Below, in pieces: positions 28,168-36,794 of a DNA stretch of 64,000 bases. The stretch spans positions 5,425 to 69,424 of the forward strand of contig FIZI01000008.1 in the NCBI GenBank assembly GCA_900016865.1. The letters run 5' to 3'. The stretch is from an uncultured Clostridia bacterium (GTDB lineage Bacteria > Bacillota > DTU014). The notes beneath the pieces are model-generated. The model searched no databases, had not been told where the DNA came from, and saw only the letters and a list, made by a program, of their open reading frames with translations. The number at the start of each line of letters is the position of its first letter. Position 1 is the first letter of the stretch. The translations under genes were made by a program, and so were the position numbers.

Positions 28168-29300
28168 GATCAAGTCATGTTACCGGAGCCATCGGTCGGT
28201 TGTACTCCATCGGCAGGCAGTTTCTCCTCCGCCTGCTGCGCTTCAGCGGATCCGAGCGCACCTGGCAGATGGCACTCTGTTCAGCTGTCTTGGCATGCAT
28301 GTGCGCAGCATTGGCGTGTACAGCTGCGTCGGCTGACTCAAAGCAGAGCATCTTCTGGGACGTCACCGATGACGATATCAAGGCCAAGTTGGTTGTGCCC
28401 GCCGAAGATGTAGGCCTCGCGTCAGTCGCCACCTTTGAAGTCAGCGTGCTCGCTTCGCCAAATGTACGATATGAACTGGAGATTCCAAAGTCCGAGTGGA
28501 TCAAGCAGGCGATTGAGGTAGTAGGCGAAGCACCTGTACTAGTGGAAAAGGGAGACGGCGAGTCTGTGCCCGACATCTGGCAGGTCCAAGTCATGCCGCT
28601 TGATGCAGGTACATTCGACGTCTCAGGGCCGACCATTGTCTATGGGCCCTCCGGACTCGATGAAAGCCAGGCAGAGGTGTCAGCGTCAGCTTCAAGGCTA
28701 ATACTGCCATCGCGCACCTTGACAGTCTCAAACCCGCTCGAAAACACGGACGATGCACAATTGAGCGCGATGAAAGACCCACTGGCTGCAAAGGTAGACT
28801 ACAGCCGTCTAGTCCTCATGTTCTTGTGCATTGCTGCAGCTGCATTGTTTGTAACGGCGATCATATGGATCGCCCGACGATTGCGATTTGGGCGTACGCA
28901 AGAGCCAACAGACAGCGCTCCAACAAGGCCAGCACACGAAATCGCCTATGAGCGACTCAGGGCCATCGAAAAGTCCGGACTCATCGAGCGGGGTTGCTGC
29001 CGCGAGTTCCACTACGCGATCTCTGAGTGTCTCAGAGAATACCTCAAAAACCGCTTTGGCATTCCAGCCTTGGAGATGACAACCGAGGAATATCTGGAAT
29101 ACAGCCGAGTGCGAGAAGATCTTCCTTACATATGTCGAGACAAAGCTGGCGAGATTCTGAGGCTGAGCGACCTTGTCAAGTTCGCCAAGAGAGAATCTCT
29201 GATAGACGAGATGAGGCTTGTGCTTTCGAGTGTCCGCAGATTAATCGATGAGACTGTCGAAAAGGATGACGTGCATGAAGGCGAGGTGGAGGAGCAGTGA
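28164..29300 (+). CDS. DUF4381-like membrane protein of bat operons
   Basis: Single central TM (LVLMFLCIAAAALFVTAIIWIA) followed by conserved C-terminal helices (..AYERLRAIEKSGLIERG..REFHYAISECLREYL). Position between DUF58 and BatA is characteristic. N-terminal start uncertain (GTG at 28164, or ATG at 28269 giving a signal-peptide-like start). Confidence 0.7.
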   Translation: MRSSHVTGAIGRLYSIGRQFLLRLLRFSGSERTWQMALCSAVLACMCAALACTAASADSKQSIFWDVTDDDIKAKLVVPAEDVGLASVATFEVSVLASPNVRYELEIPKSEWIKQAIEVVGEAPVLVEKGDGESVPDIWQVQVMPLDAGTFDVSGPTIVYGPSGLDESQAEVSASASRLILPSRTLTVSNPLENTDDAQLSAMKDPLAAKVDYSRLVLMFLCIAAAALFVTAIIWIARRLRFGRTQEPTDSAPTRPAHEIAYERLRAIEKSGLIERGCCREFHYAISECLREYLKNRFGIPALEMTTEEYLEYSRVREDLPYICRDKAGEILRLSDLVKFAKRESLIDEMRLVLSSVRRLIDETVEKDDVHEGEVEEQ

Positions 29301-30295
29301 CGTTTGGCAATCCCTACGCCCTCATTGGCCTGCTAATCGTGCCGATACTAATCGCCTTGAAAAAGAAGGCAAAGAGGGATGACGCTGCAATAGGGTTCTC
29401 CTCACTGCAGCATCTTCTACACGCGCCCACCACCTGGAAAACACGGGCAGTGCGCGTCCTTCCTGTGCTTAAGTACATAGCTCTGTCACTGCTCGTGATA
29501 GCTCTGGCTCGACCGGTCATTCCCGTGTACCACTCGAGAGCCCGTGGCGAAGGCGTCGACATCGTCCTCGCTCTTGATGTCTCAACAAGCATGCTCGCAG
29601 TAGACCTCTCTTTGGACAATAAGCCTGCCAGCAGGTTTGACGCTGCGAGACGCGTTGTAGATGATTTCATCGCTGCCCGAGCGTCCGATCGAATCGGTGT
29701 AGTTGTGTTTGCAGGCAGGCCATATACGCTGGCTCCGCTCACCTGGGACCACGAGTGGGTAAGGCTGCGTCTGGAGGATGCCAAAGTAGGCATGATCGAA
29801 GACGGCACTGCCATTGGATCTGCCATAGTAGCTGCTGCAAACAGGCTCAAGGACTCGGATGCAAAAAGCAAGGTTATCATCCTCCTGACGGACGGCAGCA
29901 ACAACGCGGGTGAGGTGCAACCAGAGACGGCAGCTGCCGCAGCTGCAGCCTTGGGGATCAAGATCTATACCATTGGCGCAGGGGCCGAGGACACTGCACC
30001 TTATCCGGTCACAGATGTCTTTGGCAGGACAGTGTATACGCAAGTTCCTGTAGAGATCGACGAGGAGCTCCTGCAAACAATGGCTGAGCAGACCGGAGGC
30101 ATGTTCTTCAGGGCGACTGACGGCGAAAGCCTAAAGGACGTCTACAGGCAAATAGATGAGATGGAGAAAACACAGATCGAATTCGATGCATTCATGCAAC
30201 ACCGGGACATGTACCCCGTCCTGATAGTGGCAGCACTGGGGCTTTTGCTTGTAGAAGCCGTTGCATCTCAAACAGTATTACGGAGGTTGCCATGA
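29297..30295 (+). CDS. batA: BatA-type VWA domain protein
   Basis: MTFGNPYALIGLLIVPILIAL.. BatA_N start. VWA VLALDVSTSM...TDGSNN. Start overlaps the upstream stop. Confidence 0.9.
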   Translation: MTFGNPYALIGLLIVPILIALKKKAKRDDAAIGFSSLQHLLHAPTTWKTRAVRVLPVLKYIALSLLVIALARPVIPVYHSRARGEGVDIVLALDVSTSMLAVDLSLDNKPASRFDAARRVVDDFIAARASDRIGVVVFAGRPYTLAPLTWDHEWVRLRLEDAKVGMIEDGTAIGSAIVAAANRLKDSDAKSKVIILLTDGSNNAGEVQPETAAAAAAALGIKIYTIGAGAEDTAPYPVTDVFGRTVYTQVPVEIDEELLQTMAEQTGGMFFRATDGESLKDVYRQIDEMEKTQIEFDAFMQHRDMYPVLIVAALGLLLVEAVASQTVLRRLP

Positions 30296-31326
30296 CGTTC
30301 GCGAGGCCTGAGTTGTTGTGGCTGATACTCGCAGTTCCATTTGCCTATGTACTGATGCGCTTGTCAGACAGGGCGCAGCTTTCGAGGCTGTCCAAGTACT
30401 CCGGCCCGCTAATCGCTGAAGCAGCGAACGCAGCCATAAACCCCCGCGGCAGGGCTGTGAAACGGGCTTTTCTCCTAATAACGCTTGCTCTCTTGGCGCT
30501 AAGTGCTGCAGGCCCATCATACGGAACGACCCAGGTGCCTGAGTTTGACGCAGGCGTTGACATCATGCTGGCCGTCGATGTCTCACGCAGCATGCTCGCG
30601 AACGACATCCTGCCCTCCAGGCTGGAGGCTGCACGCCTTTCCATACAAGACCTCACTCGAAATCTAAGAGGCGAGCGAATCGGGCTAGTGGCGTTTTCGG
30701 GCACTGCGTTTACTCTGTGTCCACTGACATCCGATTACTCGGCATTCCTGCTCTACTTGCGTGATTTGTCAGTGGAGTCGATTCCAAGAGGTGGGACAAA
30801 CCTGGAGCAGGCATTGACTACTGCAGTGAGATCTCTCGACGGCGATGGCGACAGGCCGCGAATTATCATTCTCCTGTCCGATGGAGAAAACCACGAAGGA
30901 AACCCGATCGCAGCTGCACGACTCGCGGCCGACAGAGGCATAACCATCTACACCGTTGGAGTCGGTACCTTGGAAGGGGAAATCATACCTATAGTAGACG
31001 AATACGGCAGGCAGTCGTATCTTCAAACAAGCGACGGCCGAATCGTGAAGTCTGAGCTTCATGAGTCGCTGCTGCAGGAGATTGCGCATATCGGAGGCGG
31101 CGAGTACCGAAGGGCCGTACAGGCTGACTTCGGCCTTACAGAGATCTACGACGCATTCATAGCCTCCCTCCGCGGTGAAACAGCGGACTCAGTGGACGTC
31201 TCACAATCAGATGCACGGGTTCGAGCTAGAAATGTTCCTGTAGACAGGTATTACATACCACTGTTTGCGGCCGTCGCCCTCATTTGTTGTGAACTGCTGA
31301 TAGCTGAGAGGAGGCGAAGCAAATGA
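30292..31326 (+). CDS. batB: BatB-type VWA domain protein
   Basis: MTFARPELLWLILAVPFAYVLM.., VWA MLAVDVSRSM...LSDGENH. GGAGG SD. Confidence 0.9.
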   Translation: MTFARPELLWLILAVPFAYVLMRLSDRAQLSRLSKYSGPLIAEAANAAINPRGRAVKRAFLLITLALLALSAAGPSYGTTQVPEFDAGVDIMLAVDVSRSMLANDILPSRLEAARLSIQDLTRNLRGERIGLVAFSGTAFTLCPLTSDYSAFLLYLRDLSVESIPRGGTNLEQALTTAVRSLDGDGDRPRIIILLSDGENHEGNPIAAARLAADRGITIYTVGVGTLEGEIIPIVDEYGRQSYLQTSDGRIVKSELHESLLQEIAHIGGGEYRRAVQADFGLTEIYDAFIASLRGETADSVDVSQSDARVRARNVPVDRYYIPLFAAVALICCELLIAERRRSK

Positions 31327-32288
31327 CACTCAAGAGACAGCTATTGCGGCGTCGTACACCTCTCAAGCTTATAGCACTGCTCGTTGTCATGCTTGCGACC
31401 GCTCTGACAAGTGTGGGCTGGATTGACCCTAGGGCTGATTCTATAAACAAAGCCAATTCTTTGCTCAAAGAGGGCAGCTATGAAGACGCTCTCAAGCTAT
31501 ACGAAAACGTGCTGGTCAAATATCCCGATGACATCACAGGTAGGCTCAACTCAGCCATCGCTCTCTATGCGATCGGCAGGTATGAGGACAGCTCTAGTCG
31601 GTTTAGCGAGGTGCTGGCTGTCCTTTCAACGTCAGGTGCGAAACTCTCTAGTGAAGCAGATAGACTGGCCAAGACGATCTCGCACTACGGCATCGGTTGT
31701 GCGCAGTTCAAACTGGGGTCAGCCCTTGAGTCTGTGTCAGAGGCATCAATCTCCAGCCAGGGTACACTGAACGCTGCAATCGAGCACTACAGGCGGGCGT
31801 TGAACAGTTTTGGCAACGCTCTGAAGCTTGACCCAGAGGACGAAGACGCCAGGCACAACTACAGAGTGACGTACGAACGCCTCAAGAGGCTGGAGCAGCT
31901 TCTCGACCCGGATGCTTCCAGCCGACAAGACGGCGAAGATGATCAGCAAAGTGAGGCCGGTGGCCAAGACAGTCAAGATGACGGAGCGGGCCAAGACAGT
32001 CAAAGCGACAGAGCCGACCAAAACAGCACGGACAACCAGGCCGAGCAGAGCAGCCAGGAGAGTCCATCCAACACGCGAAGCCACGAAGGTGAAGACGAAA
32101 AACCTGAGCAGGCTGAAGCCGAGCAAACGGGTCAACAGCTGCAGGCTGCACAAGATACAGGCAGCCAGGGCAATATGACTGTTGAGGAAGCTCTGCGGCT
32201 CCTTGAGATGATGGACTCAAGCGACCAATATGGGGTTCTGGTTCAACACCAGTTTGGCGAAAGCTCTGGGGAGTATCCGGACTGGTAA
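31323..32288 (+). CDS. batC: BatC-type TPR-repeat protein with acidic low-complexity tail
   Basis: N-terminal TM, TPR motifs (EGSYEDALKLYENVL..., ...AIEHYRRALN...), then a D/E/Q/S-rich repetitive region. Confidence 0.85.
   Translation: MTLKRQLLRRRTPLKLIALLVVMLATALTSVGWIDPRADSINKANSLLKEGSYEDALKLYENVLVKYPDDITGRLNSAIALYAIGRYEDSSSRFSEVLAVLSTSGAKLSSEADRLAKTISHYGIGCAQFKLGSALESVSEASISSQGTLNAAIEHYRRALNSFGNALKLDPEDEDARHNYRVTYERLKRLEQLLDPDASSRQDGEDDQQSEAGGQDSQDDGAGQDSQSDRADQNSTDNQAEQSSQESPSNTRSHEGEDEKPEQAEAEQTGQQLQAAQDTGSQGNMTVEEALRLLEMMDSSDQYGVLVQHQFGESSGEYPDW
31957..32010 (+). repeat. Tandem 27-nt repeat (GGCCAAGACAGTCAA...) encoding G-Q-D-S-Q-(D/S)-D repeats inside batC
   Basis: Seen directly in DNA and protein (GGQDSQDDGAGQDSQSDRA). 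Confidence 0.6.
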
Positions 32289-32317
32289 GCTACTCGTGCG
32301 ACTGAGGTGGAGTGGGT

Positions 32318-34921
32318 ATGAACTCGACAAGTCTACCAAGACATTTGATCTTCTGTGCACTTGTAATCCTGGTTGTGCTATCAGCGCCCTTTCCCTGCGC
32401 ACTAGCAGCAAGTGAACAGGACAGTCTCGCTGTGTCCGCGAGCATCAATAAACAGGCTATACGAGTCAACGAGGTAGCTACACTGTCGGTCACAGTAGAA
32501 GGCCTAACCGACTGTGACGTCCCGCACATCCCGGATATAGAGGGCCTTCAGATCAGGTACGTCGGGCCTTCGACTCAGATTAGCTGGATAAACGGCGAGT
32601 TGACGCAGTCCGTGTCCTTTAGGTACACCGTGCAATCCACACAGCCCGGGACCTACAAGATCCCTGCAATCAAGGTCAGTGCAGATGGAAAAATCGGCTG
32701 GACAGAGCCCATTGAGATCGAGGTGACTGCTGCGACGGACAGCATCAAGCGACAGCAATCCGCTTCTGACAGCTCGCTTTTCCTTCTACTTGAGCCGGAG
32801 AAGACAACTGTATATCCTGGCGAGAAGCTCCAGGTGAAGGCGATCTTGTGCATCGACGGTGTGAGGATCACAGAAGTCACATATCCGCAACTCTCAGGAT
32901 CCGGGTTCCTGGTAGGCGAGTTTAGCGAGCCGCTGCAGGGCCGACAAACCGTGAACGGCCGCACTCTGCAAACCTTGGAGTTCACCACTTATGTGACCGC
33001 GGCTGTCACTGGAGAGCTCAACGTAGGCCCTGCCTCCATAAGATGCGAGATCATAGTCCCCGCTCAGTCGAGAAACCCTTTTGCGGATTTCTTTGCTGGC
33101 GGTTTCCCAGACTTCGACTCGTTTTTTGACTCGCCGTTTTTTAGCTCGACCACCACGACTACAGTGACCGTGCAGTCTGAGCCACTGACGCTGACCGTCA
33201 AGCCCTTCCCGGATGCGGGCAAACCGCCATCTTTTCACGGTGCGGTTGGCAGCTTCACAGTGTCGGCTTCGGCTACGCCCACAGCAGTGAGAGTGGGAGA
33301 CCCCATCAATCTCAGAATAGAGGTATCCGGCGACGGCAACATGCGATCCGTCTTGGCTCCTAGGATTTATGATTCGGACCAGTTCAAGACCTATGACCCA
33401 ATAGTGCAGTCGACGTCCGAGTCCAGCAAAGTGTTTGAGCAAGTCATCGTTGTAAGAGATATCTCTGTGTCTCAGATACCGCCGGTGAGTTTGGCATTCT
33501 TCAATCCCAAGACCGAGCGGTACGAGATCGCCAGCAGCGAGGCTATCCCGATCACTGTCACGCCGGGGGCAGTTGTTCAGGCCGGCTCGAAGTCAACTGC
33601 GAGGCAGACAACTGCAAGAAGCCAATCCAGCGATGAATGGGGAAGCCCTCAAACGGGTCTGCTGTACATCAAGAGGTCTCCGGGCAGGCTGGCACTCCTG
33701 GGCGATCCGATACGGTCGCATGGTTTCGTGGCCTACGGCACGGCAGTTGCTACACTATTTTTGGCTGCAAGCGTTGCAATGTCTGCCTACAAGCGAGCCT
33801 CCCAAGGCAGAGACCAGTACAGACAACGCGAGAAGGCATGTCAAAACGCTCTGTCTGTCATCAAACAGCTCGAATCCGAGGTCTCTCGAAGGGACACCAG
33901 AAAGGTCGTTGACGAGGCGAGGAAGACGCTTGCATCTGTCATTCGGATGGAAGGCGGCCTCAAGCTTCAAGACGAGAATGCGGCAGACGAGATCCTAAGG
34001 CGCCTCGATACCCTCTACTACTCCCCTGTATGTCCTAGCGAGCAGGAGGCGAGGGAAGCCCTGTCCTTGTGCAGGCAGGCAGTAGAACACATAAAGGACA
34101 ACTGCAAGAGACCCGATCGAGAGCCTGTGCCACCTGCAAGTGCTCTGCTGCTGCTACTCACACTAGCCGTAGCCGTAGCCCCTCACGCATTGGCGTCAAC
34201 TGATAGCAGGGACACCGCGCTGAAGCTCTTTTATAGAGGCAACAGCCTGTATGAAAGCGGGGACTACCAGCTTGCAGCAGACGCATACAAGCAGGCGATA
34301 GAGCGAGGATATGTCAGCGGGAGCCTGTACTACAACCTGGGCAACGCCCTCGCAAAAGCCGAGTCATACGCCGAAGCACTGCTCAGTTATTTGCGCGCAG
34401 CCGAGTTCATTCCGAGAGACCGTGACCTGCAGCACAATACTGAGTTTGTCATGACTGCTTTAGGTCTTGGAGCGCCTTCAAGCCAAATGCCGTTGGAGTC
34501 AAACAGTCTAAACCAGACAGTCAGGCGCTTTACCCAGTCAGAGTGGGCAATAGCCGCAGTCAGTGCTTATATCGCGTTCTGCGTGCTGGCCGCCTGGAAG
34601 TTATTGCGCAGGGATAAACCGAGCCCTCCAACCGCCACGATCGCAGCAGTCGGTCTGATCCTGGTAGTGACTGTGTGTGGGACTCTATATCGCCGAAATC
34701 TGTATCTCAACGACCACAGGGTTGTCGTCACAGTGCAGGAGGCCCCGGTTCGCTTTGAGCCTGACGCCTCTGCACCGGTTCGTTATACGGCATCAGCCGG
34801 AAGCATTCTGTATGAAGCCGGTGAGCCAGACGGCGACTTCCTGATCGTGAGAGACCAAAGCGGACAGCTGGGTTGGATTGAGGCATCGGCAATCCAACCG
34901 GTCAGGCCAGAGGCCAAGTGA
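32318..34921 (+). CDS. BatD-type oxygen-tolerance protein fused to a BatE-like C-terminal module (TPR repeats + TM + SH3b-like domain)
   Basis: 864 aa. Signal peptide. BatD-like repeated beta-rich regions to about residue 560. TM, then TPR (LKLFYRGNSLYESGDYQLAADAYKQAIERGYVSGSLYYNLGNALAK...), a second TM, and a C-terminal SH3-like segment (VVVTVQEAPVRFEPDAS...GWIEASAIQPV). ATG at 32318 with GAGGTGGAG SD. Confidence 0.85.
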   Translation: MNSTSLPRHLIFCALVILVVLSAPFPCALAASEQDSLAVSASINKQAIRVNEVATLSVTVEGLTDCDVPHIPDIEGLQIRYVGPSTQISWINGELTQSVSFRYTVQSTQPGTYKIPAIKVSADGKIGWTEPIEIEVTAATDSIKRQQSASDSSLFLLLEPEKTTVYPGEKLQVKAILCIDGVRITEVTYPQLSGSGFLVGEFSEPLQGRQTVNGRTLQTLEFTTYVTAAVTGELNVGPASIRCEIIVPAQSRNPFADFFAGGFPDFDSFFDSPFFSSTTTTTVTVQSEPLTLTVKPFPDAGKPPSFHGAVGSFTVSASATPTAVRVGDPINLRIEVSGDGNMRSVLAPRIYDSDQFKTYDPIVQSTSESSKVFEQVIVVRDISVSQIPPVSLAFFNPKTERYEIASSEAIPITVTPGAVVQAGSKSTARQTTARSQSSDEWGSPQTGLLYIKRSPGRLALLGDPIRSHGFVAYGTAVATLFLAASVAMSAYKRASQGRDQYRQREKACQNALSVIKQLESEVSRRDTRKVVDEARKTLASVIRMEGGLKLQDENAADEILRRLDTLYYSPVCPSEQEAREALSLCRQAVEHIKDNCKRPDREPVPPASALLLLLTLAVAVAPHALASTDSRDTALKLFYRGNSLYESGDYQLAADAYKQAIERGYVSGSLYYNLGNALAKAESYAEALLSYLRAAEFIPRDRDLQHNTEFVMTALGLGAPSSQMPLESNSLNQTVRRFTQSEWAIAAVSAYIAFCVLAAWKLLRRDKPSPPTATIAAVGLILVVTVCGTLYRRNLYLNDHRVVVTVQEAPVRFEPDASAPVRYTASAGSILYEAGEPDGDFLIVRDQSGQLGWIEASAIQPVRPEAK

Positions 34922-34933
34922 GCGACTGGAAGT

Positions 34934-34972
34934 GAGGCCAACTCGATACGCATCGAGCGGCCTCTTTTTTCC
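34934..34972 (+). terminator. Intrinsic terminator ending the bat operon (GAGGCC..ctcgatacgcatcgag..GGCCTC + TTTTTT)
   Basis: Nested inverted repeat followed by a run of six T residues, 13 nt after the batD/E stop. Confidence 0.7.
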
Positions 34973-34997
34973 TCATGTGCTCTGGCAATCGTCCGTT

Positions 34998-35273
34998 CTA
35001 CTCAGAATCCTGAGTAGAAGGCCCCACAGCCTCCCTCGGATCCACAATGCCGTTCCTAATCGAGAAAAGCGCTATCTGAGTCCGGTTGTCCAGCTGAAGC
35101 TTCTTTCTTATGCTGGTCACATAGTTCTTTACCGTCTTGTCACTGATAAACAGTCTCTTGCCAATCTCCTTATTACTGAGGCCTATGGAGACCAGCGGGA
35201 GTATTTCTTTCTCTCTCGGATTCAGCCGGTCAATGAGCTTGATCTCGTCAGTTGTCCGTGCGCTGGCAACCAT
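34998..35273 (-). CDS. Small stand-alone LuxR/GerE-family HTH transcription regulator
   Basis: 91 aa. LNPREKEILPLVSIGLSNKEIGKRLFISDKTVKNYVTSIRKKLQLDNRTQ is a LuxR C-terminal HTH. No receiver or ligand domain. Confidence 0.85.
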   Translation of the reverse strand: MVASARTTDEIKLIDRLNPREKEILPLVSIGLSNKEIGKRLFISDKTVKNYVTSIRKKLQLDNRTQIALFSIRNGIVDPREAVGPSTQDSE

Positions 35274-35549
35274 GGGTGTCTGACACCACCTCTCCGCATG
35301 TCCTGCCTACAGACATAAGGAGAAGCCGCTGGGTGATCTATCAGGTCTCAGTGGCGACTGCTCATTACGACCTCCTATCGTCTGCACAACCTAGTAGCAG
35401 GATTCTCACTTAGTCGCTACATAGTATGTGGACGTAAGGATAAACGTGACCTGCTACACCAGCTCATAGCTGGTACTTTAGAACAAGGGAGAGATATTAG
35501 TGATCAACCGCTGATTGAGTTACAACGATCAAACACTTATCGGCATCTG

Positions 35550-36794
35550 CTACGCGTCCAACCCTCCAACGTCCTGGTACTTTGACCTGCTCTTGATAAA
35601 GCGCGATAAGAAACCAAGCGAGACCCTTTGCTTACTCAGGACATCGGATGCAACGGCTCCCAGCAGCACCAGACCCTTTACGACCTGCTGCCAGTGGGTG
35701 CTAATTCCCATAATAGACATTCCGTTGTTCAAGATGCCCATGATGAGGGCCCCGACCAATGTGCCTCCGACAGTACCGACCCCGCCGTAAGCGCTAGCGC
35801 CTCCTATGAAGCACGACCCGATAGCATCTAGCTCGAAGTTCTGTCCTGCCTGAGGTGACGCTGAGTTAAGCCGTGCAGCAAACACAATGCCTGCAACAGC
35901 AGCAAGGAAAGCCATGTTGACATATGCTAAGAAAAGCAGCTTGTTCGTCTTGACACCGGACAGACGAGCAGCTTTCTCATTGCCTCCCAGAGCATACAGG
36001 TGTCGGCCCATCACAGTGTGCGAAGTCAAGAAGTTGTACACTATTAGGATGATTCCCACAGTTATCAGGACCATGGGGATGCCGCGATAGGACGCCAGCG
36101 TGTAGAACAGCCATACAACACCCAGTGAAATGACTGCCATTCTCGAGCCCAGTGTCCAGACGCTCTCAACCGAGTAGTTCTTTTTCTTCCGGGACAAGTA
36201 ACCCATCACTTGGGTAACACAGTAGATGGCAGCGATCAACACGCCTATTAGCAGCGAAGTAGTGTTTCTGACGCCGAACAGCCTTGCCTCGGGAAACAAG
36301 TCCGGTATATACCCGGTGGAGTAAGCCAGGTACTCCTTCGGAAACGGAGCAATAGTGAGTCCGCCAAGTACAATGAGTGTCAGTCCACGGAAAACGAGCA
36401 TGCCGGACAGAGTGACTATAAAGGCGGGAATCCGGGCGTATGCGATCCAAAAACCTTGCCATATCCCCATCGCGATTCCAATCAGAAGGCACAGCAGTAT
36501 GGACAGGTGAGGATTCCACCCCCATGTAATGATGAACGTAGCGGCACACGCTCCGATTAGGGCTACTTGTGACCCGACCGAAAGGTCGATGTTGCCTCCC
36601 GTTAGAATGCACAGCAGCATCCCGACAGCCAAGATGACCACATAAGCGTTTTGAAATATGAGGTTTGATACATTCATGGGTTTGAGCAAAACACCCTTGG
36701 TGAGTATCTGGAAGACAAGAATGATCACAAGCAGCGCCAAGAGCATCATGTACTGCCTCAGGTTATTACGAAACACCGTCCACAGACTGTTCAT
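35550..36794 (-). CDS. Sugar ABC transporter permease (XylH/GguB family)
   Basis: 414 aa. 10-12 TM, branched-chain/ribose-type permease fold. Start overlaps the ATPase gene stop. Confidence 0.88.
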   Translation of the reverse strand: MNSLWTVFRNNLRQYMMLLALLVIILVFQILTKGVLLKPMNVSNLIFQNAYVVILAVGMLLCILTGGNIDLSVGSQVALIGACAATFIITWGWNPHLSILLCLLIGIAMGIWQGFWIAYARIPAFIVTLSGMLVFRGLTLIVLGGLTIAPFPKEYLAYSTGYIPDLFPEARLFGVRNTTSLLIGVLIAAIYCVTQVMGYLSRKKKNYSVESVWTLGSRMAVISLGVVWLFYTLASYRGIPMVLITVGIILIVYNFLTSHTVMGRHLYALGGNEKAARLSGVKTNKLLFLAYVNMAFLAAVAGIVFAARLNSASPQAGQNFELDAIGSCFIGGASAYGGVGTVGGTLVGALIMGILNNGMSIMGISTHWQQVVKGLVLLGAVASDVLSKQRVSLGFLSRFIKSRSKYQDVGGLDA

